Assembly (NCBI GenBank): GCA_964534625.1
Contig: CAZHRF010000002.1
Span: 1 to 53,195, forward strand
Length of the DNA: 53,195 bases
Direction: 5' to 3'
From: an uncultured archaeon
Lineage (GTDB): Archaea > Asgardarchaeota > Heimdallarchaeia > Heimdallarchaeales > Heimdallarchaeaceae
A program made the position numbers and the translations under genes. The notes under the pieces are model-generated. The model was not told where the DNA came from. It worked only from the letters and a program-made list of their open reading frames with translations, and did no database searches. Shown piece after piece: positions 27,445-37,245 of the stretch; the stretch's first letter is position 1, and each line of letters begins with the position of its first letter.

Positions 27445-29937
27445 CTACTCTCTTTTTTTATTAAGTAATGTAGCAGGTGATGTAACAAATTCTTGTTCTT
27501 CTACTTGTTCTGTTTCAGTCTCTTGTTCTTCTTGATCTTTTATATCTTGTATTGATAAATCAACTAACAAACTACTATCGTCTATTGAAATAATGCGAGG
27601 TAATTCAATTTTAGCGGGATTAAAGTCTTTTAACAATTCTTCTATTTCTTTCATTTGGGATATTTTGCCTATTAAATTCATGAAAGTTAAAACATTTTCT
27701 GGATAAAGAGCTGCTTGGGGGATCAAACTGAGTTTTTTCCCTATGGATATTGCTAGGTTATCTAAAAAGTATTTATCCTCTTTCAAAACCTTTGCTGGTT
27801 CATCAGAAATAAAAGAAGCTATCTTGAGCAAGTTTATCTTTGTCCATATACTCACTACTGGTTCAGGCTCTAAATTTAATGTATGAACAACACCAATATC
27901 TTCTCCCTTAACATTTTCCACTATCTTTCCTTCAATGTCAAAAACTTCAATTAAATCGAATGAAGGAGAACCATAGCCAACTTTAATATCATCACCGACT
28001 ATTTTTAATGTTCCAATGCTATAAAGTGCATATTTGGCATGTTCAACGTCATGGGGTAGTATACCTGCATTTTTTTGTACTAATATCTGTTTAAGAAATT
28101 CTGGATCTTCAACTTTTGTTTCCATAATTTTGTATTCCCTAGATAGTTTGAACAGTAGATGCCATTTTTTTTCTCTAAAACTCAGATTGAAATGTTTATG
28201 ACTATCCTCTTGATCAACATATAATAGATCATACACCATTGCAAAAAATCTATCTGGAAGAACCTCTCTTTCCACTACTAAGAAATATCCTTCTTTAGGG
28301 TGATATAAAATCGAATGGGCCTCTCCAATCTTTTTACCAAAAATATCTTCAACTTCAATATGTTCATTTTCTTCTATGAACACTCTAAATTCATGGCTCG
28401 CCTTTGGATCAAAGAAAGGAAGAAGTAATCCTAGTTCTCTAATATTCTGAGTTTTAATAACTATATTTCGACTTCTTTCAATAATATCTTCGATAGGAAC
28501 AAATAAGAACTGTATTGGCTGTCTTAAGAGATCTTCTAATTCGGATGATAAATTGGCTCCAATACTTTTACAATAGTCAATGATATTATCTGGGATTAAA
28601 AAGGCGTGAGAAATATGCGGTAGAACTCGAGGAAACTCATTTAATAAAGAAGTTCTTTTATCTTCTTCACTCATTGCCCTAGTGCTTTGTATGATTGGTG
28701 CAATAACATGATCATAAGTCCTTCTAAGTAAAGAAGAAGAGATTTCTTGCTGTTTTCTAATAATGAATCCATAATCATCTCCTGATTTTCCTGGACCAAC
28801 CATAAAACCAATGAGTTCATTATCAGTATTTATCACACTTCTTCCATTATAATCCCATATTCGCTTGAGTTCTTTCATTAAGGTATAGTCAATGTTTGTC
28901 GAAAAAGAACTGGCAATGACTTCAAGGTTAGGTAGAAAAGCTATTGATCTAACTACTTCGCAGTATCTTCTAATCCTTGCTTCAGTATCATCAGAAAGGT
29001 CTGCAAAATATCTTGATGATATGTCTTGAAATCGTAGATGCTCTCCATATATCTCATCAATAGCTTCCAAGTCAATAATATAGTCGTTGATATCTTCTTC
29101 TAATAATTCTTCAAAGATTTTGAATTGACGTATTCTCCTTTCCAGTCCCTCTAATTGGTTTTGTACTAGTGATTTTTGATTTTCTTCTTTAAAACGATTC
29201 AATACCTCTATTTTATCATTTACAGCTATTTTCCATTTTTTTGTATCTTCGATTGCTTTTTTCAATAAAGGACGATGTCTTAATACTCTGTTATTTATCT
29301 CATAAATTATTCCTTTTATTTCTTCACGTTCTATCTCTCCCCTTCTAAGTCTATTCAAATTCTCGCTTAATTCGTTATTGAATAGAAGAAAGTTGTTGTG
29401 TGTTTTTTTATAAATATGATCAACCGTAATATTGGAAAGTAAATCTGAGAGTGCATAATATTTATCAAAAATAATTTTTTCCTTTTTTTCTAGTTTCTTT
29501 TTTTCTTCTAAATAAGCAGAATTGGTTTTTTTATTATCAGTAAACTCTTGGTCAATCTGTAATTCTTGTTGAAGAAGATTTGAAGCTGAAAGAATCGCTA
29601 AATTCATGACATATCTAATCTTCAACTCTTTCATTGCGATTTCAGGAATAGTTTTTATAGCCATATTTGGTAAACTTATGGTTGGTTCAATTATTTGGGG
29701 TGATGTGGCTTTTCCTTGTTCCAAATCAACTTCCATCTGCTCTAAATTATCTGTTCCAATCAGAATTCTATTTGCTTCTTTATTTAGAACGCCTTCCATT
29801 GGAAGTTCTTTTAGCATATTCTGGTATTTTGTTTTTAATATCTGATAGGTACGTCTATCTATTGAACCCTTTATATACCGGATATCAAGATCACGAATTA
29901 ATCTTTGTATCCTTTGTCTTTTCCCAACTTTGGACAT
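27445..29937 (-). CDS. SHOCT-like/coiled-coil protein with three PRC-barrel-like repeats
   Basis: N-terminal LxxRYIKGSIDRRTY..LK (SHOCT-like), long heptad region, then GRSVINTDNELIG, IEVEDIFGKKIG, GKIVENVKGEDIG, each followed later by a closing strand motif (FVPIEDI...NIVI; YSIGTL...DIKV; IELPRI...SLLV). Confidence 0.65.
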   Translation of the reverse strand: MSKVGKRQRIQRLIRDLDIRYIKGSIDRRTYQILKTKYQNMLKELPMEGVLNKEANRILIGTDNLEQMEVDLEQGKATSPQIIEPTISLPNMAIKTIPEIAMKELKIRYVMNLAILSASNLLQQELQIDQEFTDNKKTNSAYLEEKKKLEKKEKIIFDKYYALSDLLSNITVDHIYKKTHNNFLLFNNELSENLNRLRRGEIEREEIKGIIYEINNRVLRHRPLLKKAIEDTKKWKIAVNDKIEVLNRFKEENQKSLVQNQLEGLERRIRQFKIFEELLEEDINDYIIDLEAIDEIYGEHLRFQDISSRYFADLSDDTEARIRRYCEVVRSIAFLPNLEVIASSFSTNIDYTLMKELKRIWDYNGRSVINTDNELIGFMVGPGKSGDDYGFIIRKQQEISSSLLRRTYDHVIAPIIQSTRAMSEEDKRTSLLNEFPRVLPHISHAFLIPDNIIDYCKSIGANLSSELEDLLRQPIQFLFVPIEDIIERSRNIVIKTQNIRELGLLLPFFDPKASHEFRVFIEENEHIEVEDIFGKKIGEAHSILYHPKEGYFLVVEREVLPDRFFAMVYDLLYVDQEDSHKHFNLSFREKKWHLLFKLSREYKIMETKVEDPEFLKQILVQKNAGILPHDVEHAKYALYSIGTLKIVGDDIKVGYGSPSFDLIEVFDIEGKIVENVKGEDIGVVHTLNLEPEPVVSIWTKINLLKIASFISDEPAKVLKEDKYFLDNLAISIGKKLSLIPQAALYPENVLTFMNLIGKISQMKEIEELLKDFNPAKIELPRIISIDDSSLLVDLSIQDIKDQEEQETETEQVEEQEFVTSPATLLNKKRE

Positions 29938-30204
29938 TAACTCTCATATATGTATATACTTAAGGACTAAAAAATGTTGCTAACAATAGAAGAATAGAAA
30001 TTACTAGCATAACAAAAAAGATAAATCGAAAGGGTAATTATCAATACAATATGTCCCTCTAAATTGTTGTTGAAGTAAGAATAGAGAGGAAATTCGCTAG
30101 ATAAAAAACTGCTACTTTTTTCCATATGTCTTTCCTAAACAGCAATAAATAAATAATACTATAATTACTACTAGAATAACAAATATTCACACGAAGGTAA
30201 TAAA

Positions 30205-30564
30205 ATGAGTTTCGAAGAAATACTTACAGGATTAGCTCAAGAAGGAACATTAGGTGTTTGCTGGTTAATAGGTAATGATCAGCAAATTCATTATACGTAT
30301 GGAGAATGGGATGTAAATCCTGTTCTGGCCTTTCAGGCTTGGAAGAACCAATCTGGATCTATTATGCTTGGCGGTATTAAATATACTGTGCTTGATATGA
30401 ATCAAGAACGTCTTATAGCCTCTAATTTAGGTGGCGATAATGGTCATATCCTAGTTGCTAAATGTCACAAATGGGATGGAGTTGTAGTCGCTTGGGCCCC
30501 TCAACAAGTACCTAAAGATTATGCATATGCTTCTACTGCAAGATTGGCAGCAAAAGTAGGATAG
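30205..30564 (+). CDS. profilin (Asgard type)
   Basis: 119 aa; SIMLGGIKYTVL..NQERLIASNLGG..GHILVAK matches the profilin core pattern. Confidence 0.85.
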   Translation: MSFEEILTGLAQEGTLGVCWLIGNDQQIHYTYGEWDVNPVLAFQAWKNQSGSIMLGGIKYTVLDMNQERLIASNLGGDNGHILVAKCHKWDGVVVAWAPQQVPKDYAYASTARLAAKVG

Positions 30565-30574
30565 GGGCACAATT

Positions 30575-30889
30575 TTGTCATTCCATCCATCCTTCAATGT
30601 TCAAGAAGGATCTATTTTTCTTTCCTTATATGTACATACTAAATCATCACAAAGAAAAATAGTTTTGTATCCAAAATCGATTGAAGTATATATTTTCGAT
30701 CCACCAACGAAAGGTAAAGCAAATAAAGGTTTGGTGAAATTTTTATCGAAAGAACTAGGGATACCATCATCGTCTTTCAACATCGTACATGGACATACTT
30801 CAAGAAACAAAATAATAGAGATTACAAATATAGATCCTGCTTTTTTAGAAAGGAAATTGGAAAAAATTGCAGAATTATATGAAGTTTGA
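30575..30889 (+). CDS. DUF167/YggU family protein
   Basis: PPTKGKANKGL..FLSK, IVHGHTSRNK. Confidence 0.88.
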   Translation: MSFHPSFNVQEGSIFLSLYVHTKSSQRKIVLYPKSIEVYIFDPPTKGKANKGLVKFLSKELGIPSSSFNIVHGHTSRNKIIEITNIDPAFLERKLEKIAELYEV

Positions 30890-30896
30890 ACATAGA

Positions 30897-31457
30897 TTAG
30901 AGATTCATCATTTCAAACGAACGTATTAACTCATTTCTATCATTCAATTTTGAGGCAAACGAACGACCATTCATCAACAATCTATTTATTTCGTTTTCTA
31001 TCCCCTCTAAGTACATTTCTTCCAATTTTTCTAAAATATTCTTGATTGTATCTCTAAACTCCTCGCATGAATCGATAATATCGATTTCTAACATATATAA
31101 AATCGATAAATCTATACCGCCTTCTTCTATAACTTTAATATCAAAAAATGTTGAATATTCATAATCAGTATCAGAGACCTCTTTTCTTAAATCTGCGATT
31201 AACTTTGAAATCATGCCTGCAGGTCCCCACGTTGTGAGAAGTTGTGAGTGTATGAGCAATTCTTGAACTTGGGATATTAAATCACCAGATTCTTGTAATA
31301 TGTTTAAAACCTTTTTTCTAAAAGCCACATCAGATTGTTTTCTAAACTCTTGTTTTTTATATCCTAAATATCCCGAAATATTAGCTATAAGGATTTTAAG
31401 GGCTTCGCTTTTTTCTTCTCCATCTGGTTGGGATTTTTCGCTTTTATTGCTAAACAT
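30897..31457 (-). CDS. helical hypothetical protein (I.GY.GYK..E.R..SD family)
   Basis: 186 aa, helical bundle pattern; ISGYLGYKKQEFRKQSD motif. Confidence 0.75.
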   Translation of the reverse strand: MFSNKSEKSQPDGEEKSEALKILIANISGYLGYKKQEFRKQSDVAFRKKVLNILQESGDLISQVQELLIHSQLLTTWGPAGMISKLIADLRKEVSDTDYEYSTFFDIKVIEEGGIDLSILYMLEIDIIDSCEEFRDTIKNILEKLEEMYLEGIENEINRLLMNGRSFASKLNDRNELIRSFEMMNL

Positions 31458-31615
31458 CTTATATACCTTTCCCTAATCTTATTTAAATATGTTCCGTAAA
31501 TTTTCTTATGTTGTACATTAATTGTTTCTGTAATATTTTTGCACATTCTGAATTTATTTTTTTATTTTTTAAACTCAACCTATTTTATTCGATATGAGTA
31601 TATATTCTAGTTCGC

Positions 31616-32890
31616 TTATTTATCTTTAAGTTCTTTTAGAATCTCTTTTAGTAAAGTTATTATTGTTTTATTATATCCTGAAATTCTTCTATTCAACGCT
31701 TCTATGGCAACTAATACCTCTTTATTATTTTTCTCTTCATTTCTATCCAAAGTTATAGTACGCCTTTGTTTATCAAATTCTGTTTCCTTAATTTGATTTT
31801 TGTTTATCTGTTTTCTTTCTAATTTGGAACTGGCAGCATTTTTAACCCTTGTTTCATGTATTTTATTGACTTCTTCAACAGGTTTTGCTTGTTGTGCTTT
31901 TTTTGTTTGATCTTCTTTAGCGGAAACTGAACTGGTAGGATGAGTTGTTTCTTCTTTTTGTTTTTGGTCTTTTTGCTCAATCATTGAAGCCAATCGAGCA
32001 TAATCTATCCCTCTTTTTTTTGCAAGGTTTGTAAGCAGTATCTCTCTATATCCTGCATCTTCTATTTCTAATTCGTTTATTTCTCTCTCAATCTCCTCAA
32101 GAATCATTATTGCCTCTTCTAACTTTTTCGATTTTTCATCCATTGTTTTATCTTCCTTTTTTTCTTCTATTTGTGATCTTAAGACAGCTGTAGGGTTTCT
32201 TAGTTTATATGTTTGTTCTAACAGCTTATCTTTGGGATCTAACCACCTAAAAACATTTGATATGAACTTTCTATTGTTATATGATGAAATACCCGCTTCT
32301 ATATCTGCAAACATGATATAAGAACCTGAAATAAATATCTCTCCTTTTTTATGTGCCGAAAGGGCAAAAACAGTTGAATGGGGAGGATCGCTTGTTTCGC
32401 TAGATTTTGCTAGTATAACAGCATTTTTACCTGTTCTTATAGAACAACCAGAAGAAAACGCTAAAGTTTTAATACCATCGTTGATAGGATGTCCCGTAAA
32501 ATTGGTGATAAGGGGAATATTTTCACTATTGAAACAATTATTTTTCCTATCAATGACTTGGGTAGATATAAGTTCTAGCTCGAAATGTTTGAGAAACTCA
32601 TTTAGATTAGTATTTAAACCTCTATCCCCCCCTGAGTTACTGAAAATAGCTATCCTTCCCCCTTTATCAACAAATCTAAGAAGGGCTTTGATCTCATGTT
32701 CATACAATTTTGAACCATCAGGGCAAAGAAATACAAGCAAATCTGCATTCATTATACTGCTATATTTGATGGGAAAACTGTCAAGAGCACCAATTTGATG
32801 TCCTAAGGACTGGAGAGTAGACGATAGAATGCGAAAATTAACAAAAATTTGTCCTCGTTCGTTCTGTGTTGTGTCAAATAATATTTTCAT
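31616..32890 (-). CDS. GIFT (GldG/IFT52-like, DUF4350) domain protein with C-terminal coiled coil
   Basis: MKILFDTTQNE, DLLVFLCP...EIKALLRFVDKGG, NLNEFL..F, HPI..GI...FSSGCSI, N..FISNVFRWL; charged coiled-coil tail. ATG 32890 preferred. Confidence 0.75.
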   Translation of the reverse strand: MKILFDTTQNERGQIFVNFRILSSTLQSLGHQIGALDSFPIKYSSIMNADLLVFLCPDGSKLYEHEIKALLRFVDKGGRIAIFSNSGGDRGLNTNLNEFLKHFELELISTQVIDRKNNCFNSENIPLITNFTGHPINDGIKTLAFSSGCSIRTGKNAVILAKSSETSDPPHSTVFALSAHKKGEIFISGSYIMFADIEAGISSYNNRKFISNVFRWLDPKDKLLEQTYKLRNPTAVLRSQIEEKKEDKTMDEKSKKLEEAIMILEEIEREINELEIEDAGYREILLTNLAKKRGIDYARLASMIEQKDQKQKEETTHPTSSVSAKEDQTKKAQQAKPVEEVNKIHETRVKNAASSKLERKQINKNQIKETEFDKQRRTITLDRNEEKNNKEVLVAIEALNRRISGYNKTIITLLKEILKELKDK

Positions 32891-33062
32891 CTTAATCCCG
32901 TTTAAACAAGTCAAGAGAGAATGTAATTAATTCTTTTCTTTCGTTAATATATCAGTAAAAGAACTCTATATAAAAATTTGCTGTAAAAACATTTGGAAAA
33001 AGTGAAAAGAAAAGAATTGAATATTAGAACTCTATAAAAAAGAAAAAGGTGAAAAAAATCAG

Positions 33063-34034
33063 TTAGGTTGCTTCTTCTCTATATGCTAAACGTATGCCAG
33101 ATACTAATGTACGTACGGTGAATACTAGACCAACGATACCCGTATATAATGCCAAGTTAAACAACATACCTGGATCATTAATGACAAAAAATCCGCCTAA
33201 AATGGTCATAGTACCAAAAATAATACTAAGCACAATAACTTGAGCCCAATACGTTTTCTTTCGAGGGATCTGAGTAAAAACTGTTCTACCTGTTGAGGCT
33301 CCCAATATTGCTTTGTAATTTCGCGTTCCAACAGAATATTCAATAAAATAGAAGGGTATGTGCAATAAATACGCTCCTTCAATTGCCGGATTATCTCTTA
33401 ACTGTTCAATGACCTCTATCTCTTTTAGTACTAAGCCTTTATGCATATTTCTCATTACATTAATCGCTTGTTCCTTTGCTTGATCTGCTTTCAATATACT
33501 ACCTGCAATTTCAGCTTTGACTTTATCTGCTTCACTTTTTTGGAAATATCTTTTTGATCTAGTTGAAATTTCAAAGTCTAATAATTCATCTTCAATTTCT
33601 TCTGCTGCATATATTTTGAACTCACGCTTATCATCAAATACTCCTTGTTCCGGTTTTAAATGGAAACGAATATTCCTATAACCTGATTTGTAACGACCAC
33701 TATAAGTGGCATATCTCCCTTTGCCGGCATATTCTGTACGATTATGAACAGTGATTATCCAATAGGGGTAGTATTTCAAATTAATTTTGGTAAATTTGAG
33801 GTTTTCATGTAAGTTTTCGGGAGTTCCTGGGTACTTGAATAGATCACCGATTAATTCCAGACGGATTTGTTCTACATTATACTCCACAGGGAGCATATAG
33901 TGTTCAAATTTTTCCTTTTGATTTGTCACTTTCGTTCTCACATTACAATAAACACATGTTACAACTAATTGTCCCTCTTGTATATCCAATGGAGCACCAC
34001 AATTATTACATGAAATAACTTGACTTTCATTCAT
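33063..34034 (-). CDS. zinc-ribbon membrane protein, YdjG-like (paralog 1)
   Basis: CNNCGAPL...CVYC, YYPYW, LLHIPFY...G.TG, two C-terminal TM helices. Confidence 0.78.
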   Translation of the reverse strand: MNESQVISCNNCGAPLDIQEGQLVVTCVYCNVRTKVTNQKEKFEHYMLPVEYNVEQIRLELIGDLFKYPGTPENLHENLKFTKINLKYYPYWIITVHNRTEYAGKGRYATYSGRYKSGYRNIRFHLKPEQGVFDDKREFKIYAAEEIEDELLDFEISTRSKRYFQKSEADKVKAEIAGSILKADQAKEQAINVMRNMHKGLVLKEIEVIEQLRDNPAIEGAYLLHIPFYFIEYSVGTRNYKAILGASTGRTVFTQIPRKKTYWAQVIVLSIIFGTMTILGGFFVINDPGMLFNLALYTGIVGLVFTVRTLVSGIRLAYREEAT

Positions 34035-35009
34035 TTAATTAACCACCGATTTTTCTTTGAATACATTATTAATTGTAAAAAAGCCTAAGACTGAAACAAT
34101 AACTGCTATTATAATTGCACCTAACACATATGGTAACAAAAAGAAATACACAATAACACCACCGCCTATAAGAGCAGTTAGAGAAATCGCTAGCATGGTA
34201 ATTCTATATCTAGGGGTTACGGGTAACTCTCCTTTAACGATTTCACCTGTATGGCCTATTAATGTTATACGATACGTCTCTTTTTTATGAGTATATTGTA
34301 TTTGCCAAACTGGTATGTGCATGAACACCGTTCCCTCAAATGTTATTTGAGTAGAACAATCGAATACTTTAGTACATTTATTTTCAGCCTTTTTTCTATG
34401 ATCTTCAAATATCTCTGTTTTTGCGAGTTGGTTAGCGTAATCTAAGGAAATTTCAGAATTAAGATAATTGAAATCTCTTATTTTCTTTTTTAAAGTTTCT
34501 TGATTGAATGGTTCGGCCTTATGAAAATCTCTCTTAACAAAATGCATCAATTTGTTATAACCAAAAATTGTTGTTATTCTTCTGCCAAGTATGGGTTCTA
34601 TTCGCCTTTGATCGATAGTTCCTTTTACTTCTTTATATACGGTTACATGTTCTGTACGTCTGTTCTTTCCCGTACCAACTGTGCGAGTTTCTGTATACCT
34701 TCTGTATCCAAGATATCTAGTAAAAGCATGAGCTAAAACAACCCAAAAAGGCATGAGCAAAAGATCTAACTTGGTGACAGAGTAGTTTCCAATACCTCGT
34801 AAAAAACCTTTTTTCTTTATAAAATCTTTTAGAATTATATGTACCTCATTTAAAGATATCGTATTTTGCAATATCCTTTGATCTTTGAATGCAGTCCCAT
34901 CTGCGAGTATAGCTTGACCACAGTTTATACAATTGAAAATTTGATTTTCTGGATCAACATCAAAAGGTGCATTGCAATTGGGACATTGATAATGCTTAAT
35001 AATACTCAT
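34035..35009 (-). CDS. zinc-ribbon membrane protein, YdjG-like (paralog 2)
   Basis: CPNCNAPF...CINC, LMPFW, MHIPVW...GHTGEIVKGELP, two C-terminal TM helices; abuts paralog 1. Confidence 0.78.
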   Translation of the reverse strand: MSIIKHYQCPNCNAPFDVDPENQIFNCINCGQAILADGTAFKDQRILQNTISLNEVHIILKDFIKKKGFLRGIGNYSVTKLDLLLMPFWVVLAHAFTRYLGYRRYTETRTVGTGKNRRTEHVTVYKEVKGTIDQRRIEPILGRRITTIFGYNKLMHFVKRDFHKAEPFNQETLKKKIRDFNYLNSEISLDYANQLAKTEIFEDHRKKAENKCTKVFDCSTQITFEGTVFMHIPVWQIQYTHKKETYRITLIGHTGEIVKGELPVTPRYRITMLAISLTALIGGGVIVYFFLLPYVLGAIIIAVIVSVLGFFTINNVFKEKSVVN

Positions 35010-35159
35010 ATGTATCGTTTGTACTTTTACAATAAAAAACTATTGCAAATAATTTGATGAATGTCAAAAAAAAATTAATCTGTTTAAGTCTTTTTCTTTT
35101 CAATGTCCACCAATATATTAATATTTGTTTTATTATCACAGATATTAGTGTGATTAATA

Positions 35160-35882
35160 ATGGATATTCCTGTATTTGTTGATTTTGGAGGTACTCTTGG
35201 CGATTCGATCGAGATAACTCGTAAAGTCTTTAAACAAGTGTTTGACAAAGATTTAACAAAAAAGCAAATAAAACAGTTCTTTCTGGATACTAAAAAACAT
35301 AATAGACAGAGTATGTATCTTTTTTTTAAATATCCTATAAATCCAATAAAACTACTTCTGAAAAAGAAACAAATTAGAAAAAAACAGAGAGAGTTATTCG
35401 AAAAGTATATTACTTTGTATCCCGATATAAAGAAAACCTTTGAAAAAATTAAAGAAATCGAAGGTATTGTTTTGATTCTTGTTACTCGTAATCCAATTTT
35501 TGAAGATAAGACATTAGGTAAAAAAATTCTTAATAGTTTATTTGGTGAAAACCCATTTGAGTACATGTTGTCAGCTGAAGATAAGTTTGATAAAATTTCC
35601 AAGCATTTCCCAATAGAACAAATACAAAAAGGAGTGTTTATAGGGGATAGTCCAGATGATGCCTATGTTGCTGATTTGTTGAATATACCTTTTTATGGCG
35701 TCTCATGGGGATATAATCCACCTAGCGAACTAAAAACCCCTTTCATAGCTTATGAACCGTTGGATTTATACAATATGGTCATTGATCACAAAAAAGACAT
35801 TGAAGAATCCCTAAGCCTTTATTCAAAAGATGAAGTTGATGAAGTAGATTTTGAGTTTGATGAAGAATTTGATAAAGAATGA
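35160..35882 (+). CDS. HAD-family hydrolase
   Basis: FVDFGGTL, LVTRN, FIGDSPDD, GVSWG; acidic tail. Confidence 0.85.
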   Translation: MDIPVFVDFGGTLGDSIEITRKVFKQVFDKDLTKKQIKQFFLDTKKHNRQSMYLFFKYPINPIKLLLKKKQIRKKQRELFEKYITLYPDIKKTFEKIKEIEGIVLILVTRNPIFEDKTLGKKILNSLFGENPFEYMLSAEDKFDKISKHFPIEQIQKGVFIGDSPDDAYVADLLNIPFYGVSWGYNPPSELKTPFIAYEPLDLYNMVIDHKKDIEESLSLYSKDEVDEVDFEFDEEFDKE

Positions 35883-36015
35883 AGTATAGATTGATCTTAG
35901 AGACTAGAAGAGGATTTTTTCATTAAAAAGTGTCAAATTATTAGCGTCCTTCATTTTATATAATATCAGATGGTTATGGGGTATGTTTTTATACTAATCC
36001 AAAAAAAAAGAAATT

Positions 36016-36531
36016 ATGCCTTTCACGCCTTATCATCTGGGATTCGCAATTCTGCTTTTTGCTATTATTAATAAACTAGATCCGATCTCGATCACTTTAG
36101 GTTGTATTCTTATTGATTTAGAGGGAATATTATACATCCTATGCAATATTGGTGAATTGCACGGAAAGTTTCATAGTCTGTTAGGCGTTCTTATTCTAAT
36201 TTTTCCAATAGTCATGTTGAGTTTTATATATAATAAATTAGGTGGTCAATACCCCTTAAACTATTCTTTTAGCTGGTTTTCTGCTATGGTTTCAGCCTTT
36301 ATTGGTTTACTCTCTCACATTTTTTTTGATGCAATTATTTATCCCGAAATGATGTTCTTTTATCCTTTTTCTTCAAAAAATGGTTTTTTTTATGGATTAT
36401 GGGATATAACTACCGCTTATACTATTCTAAGTGTGATGCTCGTGATAGGTCTAATTCTATTCACAACAAAGTTGCTTTATATAAACAAGAAAAATCACAA
36501 CTTGAAAAATCAAGAACGAGAGAAAATTTAA
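36016..36531 (+). CDS. membrane-bound metal-dependent hydrolase-like protein (YdjM/DUF4184-like)
   Basis: MPFTPYH, IDLE, HGKFHS, SHIFFD, FYPF. Confidence 0.8.
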   Translation: MPFTPYHLGFAILLFAIINKLDPISITLGCILIDLEGILYILCNIGELHGKFHSLLGVLILIFPIVMLSFIYNKLGGQYPLNYSFSWFSAMVSAFIGLLSHIFFDAIIYPEMMFFYPFSSKNGFFYGLWDITTAYTILSVMLVIGLILFTTKLLYINKKNHNLKNQEREKI

Positions 36532-36600
36532 CAAAATTACCAACTAAGTTATTTGAACACTAAAGCTAAGAAAATAATCAAATTGATTTTTTTCTGTTTT

Positions 36601-37140
36601 TTATTTAGATTGAAACCTCAATCGGACTTTTTTATCTTTTAATGATCTAATCGCATCCTCTCTTTGATAAGATAACCTTTCATCTTCTTTATCTATTGAT
36701 TCTAATCTCTCTAAATCTTCTTCTGAGCCTATTTGCCCCAATAACCAGACAATTTTAAGTTTTGAATTTTTATTTGTGTTTTTGTAAAACAAATCTCTGA
36801 TTTTTGATAAGATTAGTGTTGGATATTTTTTTAAAGACAATGCAGCTGAGTGAATGACATCCTGTTCAGTAGAAAGAAGTTGTTGTATCAATGTTTTTAT
36901 AAGATAGGGGATGGGTTTTTGTGTTTCAAGAACATAAATTATTTCCACTTTTATTTGTACTGATTTTGTCTCTCGTAATTTCAGTAATAATTTATCAGTA
37001 ATTTTTGGCGATTTATAATACTTTAATTGTTTAATACTAAAGAGAACTCTGTCTATATTTTTATTATCAAGCTGTTGGAGTAGAAAATCCACCAATTCTT
37101 TATCGTTTCCATCAAGAGTGGACTGCACTATTCTCACCAT
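36601..37140 (-). CDS. HEAT-repeat protein
   Basis: HEAT-like repeats (VWLLGQIG, AALSL). Confidence 0.7.
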   Translation of the reverse strand: MVRIVQSTLDGNDKELVDFLLQQLDNKNIDRVLFSIKQLKYYKSPKITDKLLLKLRETKSVQIKVEIIYVLETQKPIPYLIKTLIQQLLSTEQDVIHSAALSLKKYPTLILSKIRDLFYKNTNKNSKLKIVWLLGQIGSEEDLERLESIDKEDERLSYQREDAIRSLKDKKVRLRFQSK

Positions 37141-37245
37141 TTTTGTATTATATTTGATAATTCAGTCTAAATTTAAAAGTTATTGTGTATACTGTTTAAA
37201 ATTTATGTGTAATAAAAAAGGAAAAATAAGAAAAAGAAATGTTGA

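Noticed and set aside
35160-35200. HAD motif I DFGGT lacking the second Asp
   Set aside because: DxGGT variants are common among HAD hydrolases; the nucleophile Asp and motif IV are intact.
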